Of a DNA stretch of 64,000 nt, positions 12,504 through 27,092 are shown one piece after another. The stretch's first letter is position 1, and each line of letters starts with the position of its first letter. Made by a program: the position numbers and the translations under genes. The notes below the pieces were generated by a model, which did not search any database, was not told where the DNA came from, and was given only the letters and a program-made list of their open reading frames with translations. The stretch covers positions 71,364,001-71,428,000 of the forward strand of contig NC_086097.1 in the NCBI RefSeq assembly GCF_963921235.1, given 5' to 3'. The DNA is from Mobula hypostoma (lineage: Eukaryota).

Positions 12504-14984
12504 GTTGATGTTTGAGTGTTGATTTCAACATGTTTCACTGTAGCTTCATTTCAGTTGTTTGTCTTGGTGATGTTACAGAGAGTACAGAGAAATGGAGAGT
12601 AAGAAAGATCGGGGAAAGAAAAATGAGAGTGAGAGGCTGAAGAAAGAGGGATGGAATGTGAGATAGATATACACCAGTCTAGGTACTGAGGCTCTGTCAC
12701 TCTTACACATCCCCTTCACCACACACCACTCTCATCTTTCTCATGATCTCTTCCTTCTCTGCAAATCCCATCATACTAGGACAGAGTGGAACATTTTACT
12801 TCTATACCTTGAAGCAGAAGGTAAATGTATTCTTCGTGCAAAATTATGTTGAAGAGATCAATGTGGGATCTAACACCATGATGGAGAGGGAGCAGTGGGG
12901 TATTATGTGGGCATACATCATGGTGGAAACACAAAGAGAGGCCTTAATTTGACCTTGGGTTGAGGTCTCACCTCGACTGTCTAGGGGCCAGTATTACCAG
13001 CTACTGATATACAAGACAGTTTATATTTTACCCCACATTTCTCACCAAAAGGGAAAAAAGGAAATCAATGGTCAGCTTGCAATCGGTGTTCAAAGGAATT
13101 AAATTATATCTCTGGTTCTCACTTTACTTTTTATTTTTTGTAAAGCTAATTAAGTACTTACATTCCCAATAAATTTACTCGGAGACAGGTTCACCTCTTT
13201 TTAAAATTTCCACTGCACCTTGCTCTGAACCAAAATAAATGAATGAGTATATAAGTACATTGTGGGCCCATTCAGCTCCAAAATCTTCCTAGCCCAGCCC
13301 TGTTCTTGCCACTGCTGATCCCAGCTTTAACACAAGTACTCTAATTCCAGCTCCTAATTAATTAAAAAAAACTCATTAGTCACATCCTCAGGCCACATCC
13401 CGACTTTATCAATGCACCAGATTCAATAATGCCTTTTCTCTTTATATCAAGCATGTTTTGTGGTATTAAAACAGGCACAATGTGTTGGGAGATCTACCAT
13501 ATTGAATGCATAAATCAACTTTAAATGGAAAGTGGTGCTTTTCATTGACAACTCTGAATATAGGTGTTGACGTATAACTGGCTTGACTTGTAAACCACAC
13601 ACCTGACAGGATGGGGCAAATGTATCCTCAGCTGTAAGCTGATCCTAAGAAGCTTTCAATGCTCAATATAGCAGTGACTAGTTCTTAGATGGATATTTAT
13701 CTCATAAATGCAGATAAAATAAAAAAAATTCTAATTAGTGTTCATCCTGAAATCACAGGTGACATTTATGGCTTTTAAAATTTAACCCATTTGTGTTAAT
13801 GCAAAAACTCTCAGGTGAGGAGAAACAATTGGAGTGTGCCTGACAGTTGTGAGTAATTATAATGTTTTCATTGGCTAACAAAAGTAGGCAGGTAATCATG
13901 ATAATTAGTTCATCTTTTAACAATATAACATAGTTGATATTACACAGTATTTCTGGTTCAAATTTAAACATTTTTGGAGATATTAACTCAAATTTCGAAG
14001 AGGACTTTGCAGCCTTATTCTTACACTGTGCTTAGTAGAAATGTGGAAGGAGAGGCTTTAAAGTTAAGCCCTATTACTGTTATAATTGTATTAATCACTG
14101 ATGTAATTACTTTTTAAATTGAAACTCTTTAAGACCGCCTTTAGAAAGTGCAGAGCTATGTCACTTAGGCCATGTAATTGATCTAAATATGACTCACAGT
14201 ATAATTTGAATAGGGGATGTCAGAAAACCCACCTAGAATTCAACTAGATGAGTAAAACCTCACCAGACTGGCTGCAAGGGCTAATTGACTGTAAACACAG
14301 AAAAAGTAACGATAAATTGCAATCATCAAGATCACGGTGATCTGCATCCTATTGTGTTTTGTGGATTTGATCTGACAGCATGCATGTATTCACCCAGTAC
14401 ACTGGAAGATTAGTGCTGCTTCCATCTTACAGAGACGTACAGTTGAAGGAAAGGAATGGCTGTAGTGTTTGCTTCAGTAACACTATGAGCTGCTGGCAGG
14501 TTTGTTAAGAGATACCACCTCATTGAAAGCCTTACCCAAGTCAAGGCTGAAATATGTGATTGACAAATAAGGTGTCACCAAGTAACAGAATATAACCTTT
14601 CTAGCACCATTTAAAGGAATCAATTATTTACACGTTATTTGCTGGGTGATATCATGTGGCCTATTGTTCTGCAAGTATTTGGTGCTTCAGCTGTTGTTTT
14701 CGTAGCAAGTGTCTTCAAGGAGGGGTGTGGCAGGTACTGAAGAGCTTCAATTCAAGGTTTCTACATAAACCAGCTCTTGGGAGGAGTGTTGCTGTTGCAA
14801 GCAATTCTATTGTGATACTGAACTGAACACAAGTATTCATAATAGCATATGTTGTGGGAGAAAGGACAGTAGAAGTGGAAGACTGAGGCAAGCAAGGATC
14901 CCACCCCCATCTTTACTGCATTTTGTAGCACCACCTTTGAAGATGTCCCGACAAGTTACATCGTCATCTGTTTTCGGAGCAGCT

Positions 14985-15480
14985 GAACATTGCACTGGAA
15001 CTCCTTACAAAGGACTCTGAGAGGATTATAGGGGTCTCCCTACCATCCATTGTGGACATTTATCAGGACCACTGCATACTCAGGCCCTTAGTTTATTAAA
15101 GATCCCACCCATCCACCTAGCATCCTCTTTGACTTTCTACCATCAGGCAGGAGATTCCAAGGCATCAAAACAGGAACAGTCAGGATGAGAAACAATTTCT
15201 TCCCTCAGGCCATTAGGCATCATACTTGAAGTGTCACTGGTTAATCTGTTCTGTACCGTACAATATTTAAGTTATGCACTTTAGTTTGTTATTTATGCAT
15301 GATTCATCTGTAGGTTTTATCCTTACCTTCATAAGTTATCGTGTGTTATGTGTGTTATGTGTACTATGTGCTTTACGCCCTGGTTTGGAGAAACGTTCTC
15401 TCGTTTCTATATACATTATATGATTCTAAATATAATATACATGTGTATAGTTATATGACAATAAACTTGACTTGACTTGA
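14985..15480 (+). mobile_element. Rex1/Babar LINE 3' fragment
   Basis: IKDPTHP...FDFLPSGRRF...NNFFPQAIR remnant, then 3' UTR with AATAAA and (CTTGA)n tail. Confidence 0.8.
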
Positions 15481-16589
15481 AAGAAATGCCCTCACTTTGG
15501 GCCATACCTATGCAGAGTGCTGAGTAAGCATTTCTCTTCCTGTACTTCTGTGAGGAGCAACATGCAAAATGTCTGCACGTCCATGCCGAGCTTTGTGAAG
15601 AGCTAGTGCTCTTGACGATGAACCCTTGCTTTATGCCAGTCTTACTAATTCACCAAAGATCTCATTATGTATTCTCAGTAATCTGCTTCTGCATTGTTCT
15701 CTAATCTTTCTTCTGATGAAGTGGCACCTGTGATATCTTTATCCTTGTCCACTCAAACCTACTGTCTCACAATGTGCAGATCTCATCTTAACATTACACC
15801 CTCCATCATGCAGGGTGTAATGATCCGAGCTGCAGACAATAAGTACTCGAGTGATGGTGTGTCTCCGACATTACATTTCTGCCCAGACTATGCTAATTGG
15901 TTCTGAAAGGAGAAAGGCAGGACACTAAGATTATGATGGGGGGAGGGGAAGTTACACTTTCATTACCTTACACTTAGAGATTCACATAGTTTCTTTCCCT
16001 CCCTTTCTATCAGGCTGTTTCCGCTGCAGGCAAGGGCAGCATTTCTTGCCCAGCCCTGATTGCTAAAGAAAGTGCGGCAAGTTGCTTTCTTGAAACCGCT
16101 GCAGGTCTTCTGGTGAATGGGCTTCCTAAATTTAGACCCAGCAATGATGAAGGAATGGTAATTATAGTTCCAGATCAGGGTGTTGTATAAATTGGAGGGG
16201 CAGCTGCAGACCATGATGTTCTCCTGCAACTGCTAACCTTCTGCTTCTTACAGAGTTCATGGCTTTAGGAGCCATGGTAGTCCGGGGTGAGTAGCTGTGG
16301 TGTGTTTAGTAGATGGTAATCATGTCACAGAGGGAAGGAAGATTAGAGTGCTAATTGAGCACAATGCCTTCAGTCTTTTTCAATATGATTTCAGCAGAAC
16401 TTATTCTTATTCAGAAAAGCAATGAGTAGGTCATTACATTCCTGATTTGTGCCTTTTTAACTGGTGGAACGATTCTGTGATATCTGATGAGTCACTGACT
16501 ATAGGGCATCCAGCCTCTGGACTGCTCTTAAAGTGGCTCTATTTATGTGGCTGCTCCAGTCCGCTACAGGGCTATTAAAACAAAAAAAA

Positions 16590-17300
16590 TCACTCCATCT
16601 CTAAAGTTTCTTCCCTCAGGCAGTTAATCTGATCAACTAATATAGCTAGCTACCCCTGCCTTCCTCTATCTCTTATCTCTAGCACAGCAAGCACTTTAAA
16701 TCACTTTTTATAATGCCGTTTACATTGTAAATCCATGCTGGTATTTATGTATTTTTGCACATTTTATTCTATATCCATAGTTCCAACTCTAACTTTATTT
16801 TTATAGAATTCTTTATTCTTACAATTGTTGAATATATCCTGGACATCTTCAAGGAGGATCCTCAAAAAGGCAGCATCTATCGTCAGGGATCCCCATCACC
16901 CAGGACATACCCTATTCTCATTGCTACCATCAGGAAGGAGTTACAGAAGCTGAAGGCACACGCTCAGCGATTCGGGAACAGCTTCTTGCCCTCTGCCATC
17001 CGATTTCTGAATGGACATTGAACCCATGAACACTGCCTCACTACTTTTTTATTTCTGTTTTTTGCACTATTTATTTAATTATATTTCTTTATATTATATT
17101 TCTTCACTATTTATATTTCTTCACTATTTTTATTATTGCATTGTACTGCTGCCTCGAAGTTAACAAATTTCATGACATATGCCGGTGATGTTAAACCTGA
17201 TTCTAATTCTCATGTTTTTTTTTGTTGCATACCGTACCAACACATACAGAAAATTCCAAATACATGTAAATGTATATGGTGAATAAAGTTGATCCTTAAA
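16590..17300 (+). mobile_element. Nested Rex1/Babar LINE 3' fragments
   Basis: AQRFGNSFLPSAIRFLN (ORF 16755-17021) sits inside another Rex-like 3' UTR that ends GAATAAAGTTGATCC. Confidence 0.75.
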
Positions 17301-17303
17301 TTA

Positions 17304-19160
17304 GACTGTAAAAGCTTTTATAGGTATGTAAAAAGGAAAAGACTGGTAAAGACAAATGTAGGTCCCCTACAGACAGAAACAGGTGAATTGATTATGGGGA
17401 GCAAGGACATGGCAGACCAATTGAATAATTACTTTGGTTCTGTCTTCACTAAGGAGGACATAAATAATCTTCCAGAAATAGTAGGGGACAGAGGGTCCAG
17501 TGAGATGGAGGAAATGAGCGAAATACATGTTAGTAGGGAAGTGGTGTTAGGTAAATTGAAGGGATTAAAGGCAGATAAATCCCTAGGGCCAGATGGTCTG
17601 CATCCCAGAGTGCTTAAGGAAGTAGCCCAAGAAATAGTGGATGCATTAGTGATAACTTTTCAAAACTCGTTAGATTCTGGACTAGTTCCTGAGGATTGGA
17701 GGGTGGCTAATGTAACCCCACTTTTTAAAAAAGGAGGGAGAGAGAAACTGGGGAATTATAGACCGGTTAGCCTAACGTCGGTGGTGGGGAAACTGCTGGA
17801 GTCAGTTATCAAAGATGTGATAACAGCACATTTGGAAAGCGGTGAAATCATCGGACAAAGTCAGCATGGATTTGTGAAAGGAAAATCATGTCTGACGAAT
17901 CTCATAGAATTTTTTGAGGATGTACTAGTAGAGTGGATAGGGGAGAACCAGTGGATGTGGTATATTTGGATTTTCAAAAGGCTTTTGACAAGGTCCCACA
18001 CAGGAGATTAATGTGCAAACTTAAAGCACATGGTATTAGGGGTAAGGTATTGATGTGGATTGAGAATTGGTTAGCAGACAGGAAGCAAAGAGTAGGAATA
18101 AATGGGACCTTTTCAGAATGGCAGGCAGTGACTAGTGGGGTACCGCAAGGCTCAGTGCTGGGACCCCAGTTGTTTACAATATATATTAATGACTTGGATG
18201 AGGGAATTAAATGCAGCATCTCCAAGTTTGCGGATGACACGAAGCTGGGCGGCAGTGTTAGCTGTGAGGAGGATGCTAAGAGGATGCAGAGCAACTTGGA
18301 TAGGTTGGGTGAGTGGGCAAATTCATGGCAGATGCAATTTAATGTGGATATATGTGAAGTTATCCACTTTGGTGGCAAAAATAGGAAAACAGATTATTAT
18401 CTGAACGGTGGCCGATTAGGAAAAGGGGAGGTGCAATGAGACCTGGGTGTCATTATACACCAGTCATTGAAAGTGGGCATGCAGGTACAGTAGGCGGTGA
18501 AAAAGGCAAATGGTATGCTGGCATTTATAGCGAGAGGATTCGAGTACAGGAGCAGGGAGGTACTACTGCAATTGTACAAGGCCTTGGTGAGACCACACCT
18601 GGAGTATTGTGTGCAGTTTTGGTCCCCTAATCTGAGGAAAGACATCCTTGCCATAGAGGGAGTACAAAGAAGGTTCACCAGATTGATTCCTGGGATGGCA
18701 GGACTTTCATATGAAGAAAAACTGGATGAACTGGGCTTGTACTCATTGGAATTTAGAAGATTGAGGGGGGATCTGATTGAAACGTATAAAATCCTAAAGG
18801 GATTGGACAGGCTAGATGCAGGAAGATTGTTCCTGATGTTGGGGTAGTCCAGAACGAGGGGTCACAGTTTGAGGATAAAGGGGAAGCCTTTTAGGACCGA
18901 GATTAGGAAAAACTTCTTCACACAGAGAGTGGTGAATCTGTGGAATTCTCTGCCACAGGAAACAGCTGAGGCCAGTTCATTGGCTATATTTAAGAGGGAG
19001 TTAGATATGGCCCTTGTGGCTACGGGGATCAGGGGGAATGGAGGGAAGGCTGGTGCAGGGTTCTGAGTTGGATGATCAGCCATGATCATAATAAATGGCG
19101 GTGCAGGCTCGAAGGGCCGAATGGCCTACTCCTGCACCTATTTTCTATGTTTCTTGTTTC
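17304..19160 (+). mobile_element. Young 5'-truncated CR1 LINE with RT domain (one frameshift near 17925, stops near 18437, 18491, 18845)
   Basis: GPDGLHPRVLKE, NYRPVSLTS, QHGF..GKSCLTNL, YLDFQKAFDKVPH, GVPQGSVLGP, KFADDTK. TTTCTATG tail. Confidence 0.97.
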
Positions 19161-19507
19161 TATAACTCTCACAGTTTGGAAACTATAATTTCCTTGCACA
19201 TTTAAGAGTGCAGTTGATACTGACACTTACCAAGCTAGCATGGAATGAGAATGAATTAAAAGGTCAGAAGGTGAAGAAATATGAGGACATGGTCATTGCT
19301 GACTGATTAAGCCCAAGCCCATTACTGGCAGCAGTCTGATAACTCCATTCCAACAATGACTACCAACTTCTCCGCTGCAGAGTTGGAGATTTATATGTCT
19401 CCCTCCGGTTGGCATCTGAGCTATTGGCTGTCTTCTCCTGCAAGGTATATCTTGTGTAATTTGTTTGGATAACTTAGTAGTCACGGTTGGAAGGTTTTGA
19501 AGATTTA

Positions 19508-20041
19508 TATTCAGTGGCCACTTTATTAGGTACTGGAGGTACATTTATGCTCTTCCACTTCAAGGTTCAATGTTTTGTGCATTCAGAGATGTTCTTCTCC
19601 ACACCACGGTTGTAATGCATGGTTATCTGAGGTGCTGTCACCTTCCTTTCAGCTTGAACCAATCTGGCCATTCTCCCATGACCTCTCTCATTAACAAGGC
19701 ATTTTTATCCAGAGAACTGTTGCTCACTGGACATTTTTTTTTTTGCTTTTCGCACCATTCCCTGTAAATCCATGGTTAACTGTTGTGCATGAAAATCCCA
19801 GGAGATCAGCAGTTTTTGAGATACTCAAACCACCTTGTCTGGCTCCAACAATCATTCCACTGTCAAAGTCCCTTAGATCACATTTCTTCTCCATTCTTAT
19901 TTTTGGTCTGAACAACAACTGTATCTCTTGACCATGTCAGTATGTTTTTTATGAACTAAGTTGCTGCACATGATTGGCTAATTAGATATTTGCCTGAACC
20001 AGCAGGTGTACGGGTGTACCTAATAAAGTGGCCGCTGAGTG
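19508..20041 (-). mobile_element. Tc1-derived non-autonomous element (internally deleted)
   Basis: TIRs CAGTGGCCACTTTATTAGGTAC / GTACCTAATAAAGTGGCCGCTGAGTG flanked by TA. Minus ORF 19724-19918 gives MEKKCDLRDFDSGMIVGARQGGLSISKTADLLGFS (Tc1 paired-like N-terminus). Confidence 0.92.
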
Positions 20042-21109
20042 TAGGTGTAAAGTTTATGGCTGAGCTAAAGATGCAAAATTGCAACACAACATCTGAAAGT
20101 CTGAGACCTGATGGACAGACATGGACAGACACAGAACTCCTTGCATCCTTACATCCAGTTCATTGAGCCTGGATTCCTAGCATTGCTCTCTGTAGCTGCT
20201 GGCTCCCTCTTCGGATTGCTTGATAGAGTCAACTACAATATCATTTGCAGATAGAGGATATCTCTACTCCTTTCCTCCCATTTAAGTTTCCAGAAAGTGT
20301 TTTTTTCTGCCATGGCGTTCCATTCTTCACCATTTCCTCAGTCAGTCTCACTTCTTACAGGACGACAAGTTACAGCTAGAATACAACATTCATTGTGGAG
20401 CTATGGTAGTGGCAGTTGGTATTAATTGGGACTGACTACCTCTGATATTAGCTCCTGCTGATGGATTCAGTAATGAAGCGTAGCATGGTGAGCACTCAAA
20501 TCAGCACAGAGTGTGAAGTCAGTGTGCTATCTGCATCATACTTAATGGTCCAGGGTTAGTCACATATCACAACACTAGTTATTTGAGGATAGTGGGGAGA
20601 GGGGTGTTATCAAATTTAGCCTCATTGTTTTTTCCCTCTGACAACATCCGTCCATTCCCTCCCGTATTTTCAAGGAAAAGGGATTTTTTTTTTGTAAATT
20701 CTCTTTAACGTAAGTACTAAGTGTAACACTGTAAGAGGGAGTTGAAAGATGTTGCAAAATCAGAGCGAATATACAATGGGTGCAGAGGAGGAGTTCACAA
20801 CACTGGCTTGAGAGAGTGTGAATCCAACTAATAATTTAACTCCCTTCTTAGATTCATCTTCCAATCTCTCCATAACCTCCTCCATCACTTTAGCTCACTG
20901 ATATCACATCACATTTTCCAGTCTCATTCAGTTCTGGCTTTGTGAAGCATTTATTTCCTTTACGTAACATGCCTTCAGCTTCCTGGGTCACAAACAAGTT
21001 TTCCTTCCGCATATCTCCCCATCTTTTTGATTCTGTATGTTCCTTCAAGTGACTTTCTTTAGTCAAGCCCCATCGCTTAACTCGTTATTCCTTAATGTGG
21101 CTTCTTCAA

Positions 21110-22052
21110 TTTTTAGAATGTAGAATATAGACTAATATGGCACAGCATAGGCCCTTCGGCCCACAATGTAGTGCTAACATTTGAACCTACTCCAGAATCA
21201 ATCTAACCAACTAGTTCTCCATTTTTCTTTCATCTACGTGCCTATCTAAGATTCTCCTATATCTTCCTAATGTACCTGCCTCAACCATCACCATTGGCAC
21301 CTACCAATCTCTGTGTAAAAATAGTACCCCTGACATCCCCCTTCTACTGTACCCTTATCCCCTTAGCCATTGCTGCCCTGGGAGGAAGGTGCTGGCTGTC
21401 AACTCCATCTATGCACCTTTTCATCTTATACATCTCTATCAAGTCACCTCCTTTGCTCCAAACAGAAAACCCTTAGCTCAGTCAACCTTTCCTCATAAGA
21501 CATGATCTCTAATCCAGCCAGCATCCTGGTAAATCTTCTCCGCACCCTCTCTAAAGCTTCCACATACTTCTTTTAATAAGGTGACCTGATATTTATTACC
21601 AGATTTTTATAGAGCTACAACATTACCTACAGTCTCTTGAACTCAGTCACCTGACAAAGGAAAGCCAACACACCATACACCTTCTTAACCATCCTATTAG
21701 CTTATGTGGAAAATTTGAATGGCCTATGGATGTGCATCCCAAGATCCCTCTGTTCCACCATACTGTTAAAAATCCTTCCATTTGCCCTTTACTCTGCCTT
21801 CAGATGTAACCTTCCAAAATATATCTCTTCACATCTCTGGATTGAATTCCACCTGCCACTTCTCAGCCTAGTTCTGCATCCTATCAATGTCCTGTTATAA
21901 CCGACAGCAACTTTCAACATGGCAACACCACCAACTCTTATGACATCTGCAAACTTATTGAGCCACCCGTCCATTTTCTTATCCAAATCATTTATAAAGT
22001 TCACAAGGAGAAAGGATCCCAGAACAGATTCCTGTAGAACACCACTAATCAC
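21110..22052 (-). mobile_element. Decayed CR1 LINE 3' portion
   Basis: Minus ORF SGVLQESVLGSFLL.NFINDLD...KFADVI. CR1-type tail near 21115-21135. Confidence 0.88.
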
Positions 22053-23754
22053 GGAAGATAATTCATATTTGATTGTATGATAATCACCCCAATGAAATAT
22101 TTGGGCCTTTTTTTGTGTTATGGGTGCTACCTAAATGCAAGACTTGATTATTGTTCTTGCATAGTTAAAACACTGCTTTTAATTAGCTAAAACCAGAGTA
22201 ATTAGCATGGACACTGATGAACCATTTCATTGTTTAACTCCCTTAAACATTGGCGCTATTTTCAGCAGTGGGACATATTCCAGGCCCAGTGATATATCTC
22301 AGTCAGAATGCTGGTCAGTCACCAACTCTGCCTTGTGTTATATACTCACTTACATTTTGACCCTAATGGGTTGCTGTCAAGTTTCCTTGTGTATTATGTA
22401 TTAAATGTAATGGGTCATTCTGGGTGGATGACTTACAAGTAAAGTAAAGTTTGTTCCACACGGCTCCATCTCTCATGTGTGTTATGCACGGCCACCCAGC
22501 TTCCCAGCACCACAAACATAACAACCAGCAATGAGGTGACAAGTCTTCACGCGATATTCCCTTCGGCAGGAAAAGTTGTGCAACGCTGGCAGTGTACTGC
22601 TGTGTAATGTGGGTGATTGAAAAGAAGATGCCATGTAAAACAGCCACAGAGAGTGTGGTGAGTGAAGAACCCAGGGCAAGAGAATAAGAATGGATGGTTA
22701 AATAAAACAAATTAGAGAGATAAATAAGACTGGTTAACTTTTCTGGAATGTGATTGGGTTTGAAAATATTGACAATATTTGGAAGTATGGGGCCACATGA
22801 TGAGACAACAGAGCAATTATGTTCATAGACTTAAAGATTTGAATGTTTTCGACTGGCGAATCAAGTCTCAGGTGATATTCCTGTTCTAACTTTTCAGACT
22901 GCGATGGGTACAAAAATAATGCAATCTGCTAAGCCTGGTGATAAGCCTTACGAGGACAAAGTTAAAGTCTTAAAGGACTACTATTCATTTAAAACTTTGA
23001 CTATTGGTGAGAGGTTTAGATTTCAGTGAACGAAACAAGAGGAAGGTGAGTCTATTTCACGGTGACTACGCCACAAGATGGAGCATACTGAGGACGGACT
23101 GTGTGACTCTCACTCTGTTGTTGAAGAAGCTTTGCATATCTTACCTGTTTCATGACACAAAGACGGCTGTCGGATGCACCAGTGATTGGATGGGGCCACA
23201 GTGAGGATGCAGGTGGACATGGGTGTTGCAGTATCACTGGTTTACAAGGAGAAATTGCAGCATCTCACCACAGAAGTGGCAAGGTTGACTTTGAAGACTT
23301 ACACTGGTGAAGTTGTTTCAGTGAGGAGAGTAGTACATGTTACAGTGAAGATTAACAAACAAAGAAACCTCCACTGTACATTGTTAAAGGTAAATATCCA
23401 GTGCCTCTGGACTGCTCGTGGCTGTAGCAGCTCAAGCTCAAATGGCATGGAGAGCACTTGATTGGTGGGAACACAGGTCTACAAGGTGTATCGAAGAAAC
23501 ACGCAGGAGAGTTCAACAGGGAACTGGGCAGTATGAAAGGAACCACCGTTAAGCTGGTTGTTAAGCCCAACACAGCACCCAAATGCCAGAAGGAAAGACC
23601 CATTCTATATGCCTCCAAACCAAAGACAGAGGTTGAATTGGAAAGACTAGTTCAGAATAAAATATTGGAACCAATGTGTGTAAGTAAATGGGAATGCCAG
23701 TGGTTTCTCTCCTAAAAATGGATGGGTCTTTAAGGCTTTGAGGAGATTTCAGCA

Positions 23755-24614
23755 GATTTCAATCAATCGGTTTCAATAGGTACATTTAATGTCAGAGAAA
23801 TGTATACAATATACATCCTGAAATTCTTTTTCTTCGCGACCATCCAAGAAAACAGAGGAGTGCCCCAAAGAATGAATGACAGTTAAAACGTTAGAACCCC
23901 AACCCCCCTCAACTCCCCCTCCCACACACAAGCAGCAGCAAAGCGACGACCCCCAGCAGCAAAAAAGTATCAGCACTCTCCACTGAGCACTCAAGCGTGC
24001 AGCAAAGCATCAATAAAGACACAGACTTGCAGTACCCCAAAGACCACTCGTTCACCCGGTAATTCTACATACCACAGGCTCTCTCTGTCCCTAATAAGGG
24101 AAAAAGAAGTCTCCCCATTTCACAGTGAGAGGGGAGACATAACAAACAATTTGCTGATTTACAAAGTTAAAAGGTTGTTGCGTTGCTTTTTCTGAGCTAT
24201 CCATCCAGAGAGTTGGCACCAAAAAGGCGCAGCTTTCCGGCCACACAGCCTCCTGGCAGCTAACCCACTGCTCCCAATGTTAGTGTCCTCCCGTGATGCT
24301 TCAGTCAGGGGCATGAGCCTAGAAACAGCACATAGCTAGAGCCACAGAATCCTGGAACCCTGAAGGCGCACTCGTCTTCCAAGCCACATCCTTGGGATAT
24401 CAAAAAACAGCCCGTCATGAGGCCCTGAGAGTGGGTCCCTTTCCCACAAATAACAAAAGTCAGAGTGTAACTCCAGGTCAGGGTCTTCAAAAGAACCCCC
24501 ACACCCTGAAAAGGATAAAAAGAGATATCAAAGGTAGAAATAGAGCTGTTTCCAAAGGTGCAAGCAAACAAGTTGTCGTTTAGCGCCACCTTGACTTCAA
24601 CCCAACTCCAGTCA
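23755..24614 (-). mobile_element. Non-autonomous LINE-derived element (5' UTR-like plus 3' UTR-like parts) inserted in the Gypsy RT
   Basis: Splits the RT motif DGSLRL.GDF / KVTVNP. Minus 5' end CAAGGTGGCGCTAAAC. 3' end CTGACATTAAATGTACCTATTGAAAC with (GATT)n-like tail. Confidence 0.7.
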
Positions 24615-27092
24615 AATGTTCAAGGTAACTGTTAACCCGGTTCTTACTGCCGAACAATACTTTCTTGCTCTCATTGATGATGTTTTAGACTTTTAGTCAG
24701 ATTGACTTGTGTCAAGAGTCTTTGCAGATGGATGTGGAGCCAGAGTCCCAGGATAGGTTGACTCGCAAAGGAATGTGCAGGTGCTGAAGGCTTCCATTTG
24801 GCATTACCTCAGCTCCTACACTTTTCAGCAAGCAATGGACCAGATCCTGAGCGGGTTGACAGGGCTGCAATGTTATCTGGATGACCGACTATTTACTCAG
24901 AAAAATGAATGTGAGCACCTACAAGGCCTAGGTGCTACACTACAAAGATTTAAGAAAGATGGGGTAAGGGTCTGGCAGGACAAGTGTGTGTTCTTTCGAC
25001 CTTTGATTGAATACTTGGTCCACGTGATTGACAGCTCAGGGCCTCACAAGGTACCATCGAAAATGAAGGCAGTTGTGGAGGCTCCATCACCACAGAATGT
25101 AAGTCAATTAAGATCTTTCTTAGGATTACTAACATGCTACGTAAAATTTATTCCTAGCATGCTGAAACCACTTCATGAGCTTTTAAATAAATCAACACAC
25201 TGACAGTGAACAGATCACTGTGAAGAGGCTTTTAAAAAGGCTGAAACTGCTTTGTCACAATCTGAAACACTTACACACTTCAGCCCGTCATTGCCCATAC
25301 CGTTGGCCTGCGACACATCACCCTATGATGTGGGGGCATTTATCTCACACATCATGCCTTCGGGTGAGTAGCGTCCAATCACTTTCACAACAAGGACATT
25401 AAGTAAGGCAGAAAGCCAGTATGCCCGGATTGAGTGGGAAGTACTTGCAATTGTTTTTGAGTTGAAATTCCATCAATTTTTCTTTGGTCGATGATTTACA
25501 TTACTGTCAGATCATTGCCCCTTAGCATCAATTTTTGGTCAGCATGCAGACTTTCTTCCTCAGCTGCTAGTCGAATGCAACATTGGAGTCTGTTACCATA
25601 CGATATAAAGCTCAGGATGTCTGACTGCCATTTGAATGCTACTGGACTGTCCAGACTTCCCTTAGCTGTGACAGCTCCAGAACCATCCCTGAAAGTGATC
25701 TTTTATTTCAAGGAAATACAGCTCAGATAAATGTGGCGCAAGTCCAGAAGCACACATGTACTGACCCTGTTCTATCTAAAGTGGTGGACATGGTAGCTCA
25801 TGAATGGAAAGGAGAGCCAGCCAGAGGACTGAAACCTCACCCTGCTCGATGGCAGGAGCTCACAGTCCAAGCTGGATGTTCACTATGGGGCTACCGTGTT
25901 GAGATTCCTCCACCATTAAGAAAACAACTGCTTGATGAGCTACATGCAGGACACTGTGGCGTGGTGCGTGTGAAAGATATAACATGCACCTACTTTTGGT
26001 GGCCGGGAGTGGATACACCATTGAAGAGTAGGCCAAAGCATGGCCACAATGTCAGCCGGTGAGCACGTTCCTCAACTTCCTCCTTTGCATCCATGGGAAT
26101 GGCCTGAAGAACCATAGAAGAGGATTCACATAGGTTTTCCAGGACCTGTAGAAAGCCACATGTTCTTGGTCGTGCTGGACACATACTCCAAATGGCATGA
26201 GGTTGCCATCATGAAGAGTACTGCATCTGAAAAATGCGTTGAGGAGCTACGTTCCATCTTTAGCCATTTTGGGCCTCCTCAATAGCTTGTAAGTGACAAT
26301 GGCCCACAGCTCCTGTCTGAAGAGTTCAAGGCATTTGTGGAAGCAAATGGTATTCAACACATCAAGTCAGCACCATATCATCCAGTCAATAATGGCCTTG
26401 CTGTTCGATTTGTACAAACATTGCAACAAACACTCAAGACTTCAGTGGGAAGTGGATCCTTCATCAGCGTCTCAGCACTTTCTTGCTAACATACTGCAAA
26501 ACACCTCACGCCACCACCAAAATGGCTCTAGCTACTACACTGATGAAAAGACAGCTTTGTACATGGCTTGACCTGCTTAGACCCCCAAACACAAAACTGG
26601 TTGTGTGAAATGAACAGAAAACCCAAGCAGAGAGACATGCCAAAGTGAAGTACAGAAATCTCACAGCAGAAGGGAGAATACTTGCTCGGAACTATGTCTC
26701 TGGAACAAAGTAGATACCTGTGACGGTGGTGGCACAAACTGGTTCTATCTCATACACAGTGGAAGATAGCAACCACAACATCTGGAGAAGGCATATTGAT
26801 CAGCTGATACCAACTTCTGAGGCTACTGAAAACCAACACAAACTGACCAATCCATATCCAGTTATAGAAATGGGACAGAATTCCGAGACAACAACTGCAG
26901 AACCTACGTTAAGATCAAATGACATAGCCAGTGCTCCCCTATCACATGGGCTTTCTGAGGTGCCCCCTACTGACAATGCAGCACCCAAGCCAAGATCTAT
27001 ACGAAGACCACAAAGAGATAAATGACTTTGGTGTCATCCCCAGATCTTTGGTACCCACACAGGAACAGGCTGCCTCCAGACAGATTGAATCT

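Noticed and set aside
17085..17130. Short tandem repeats (TATATTTCTTCACTATT) and (CA)n at 52557-52584
   Set aside because: Ordinary slippage inside LINE 3' UTRs.
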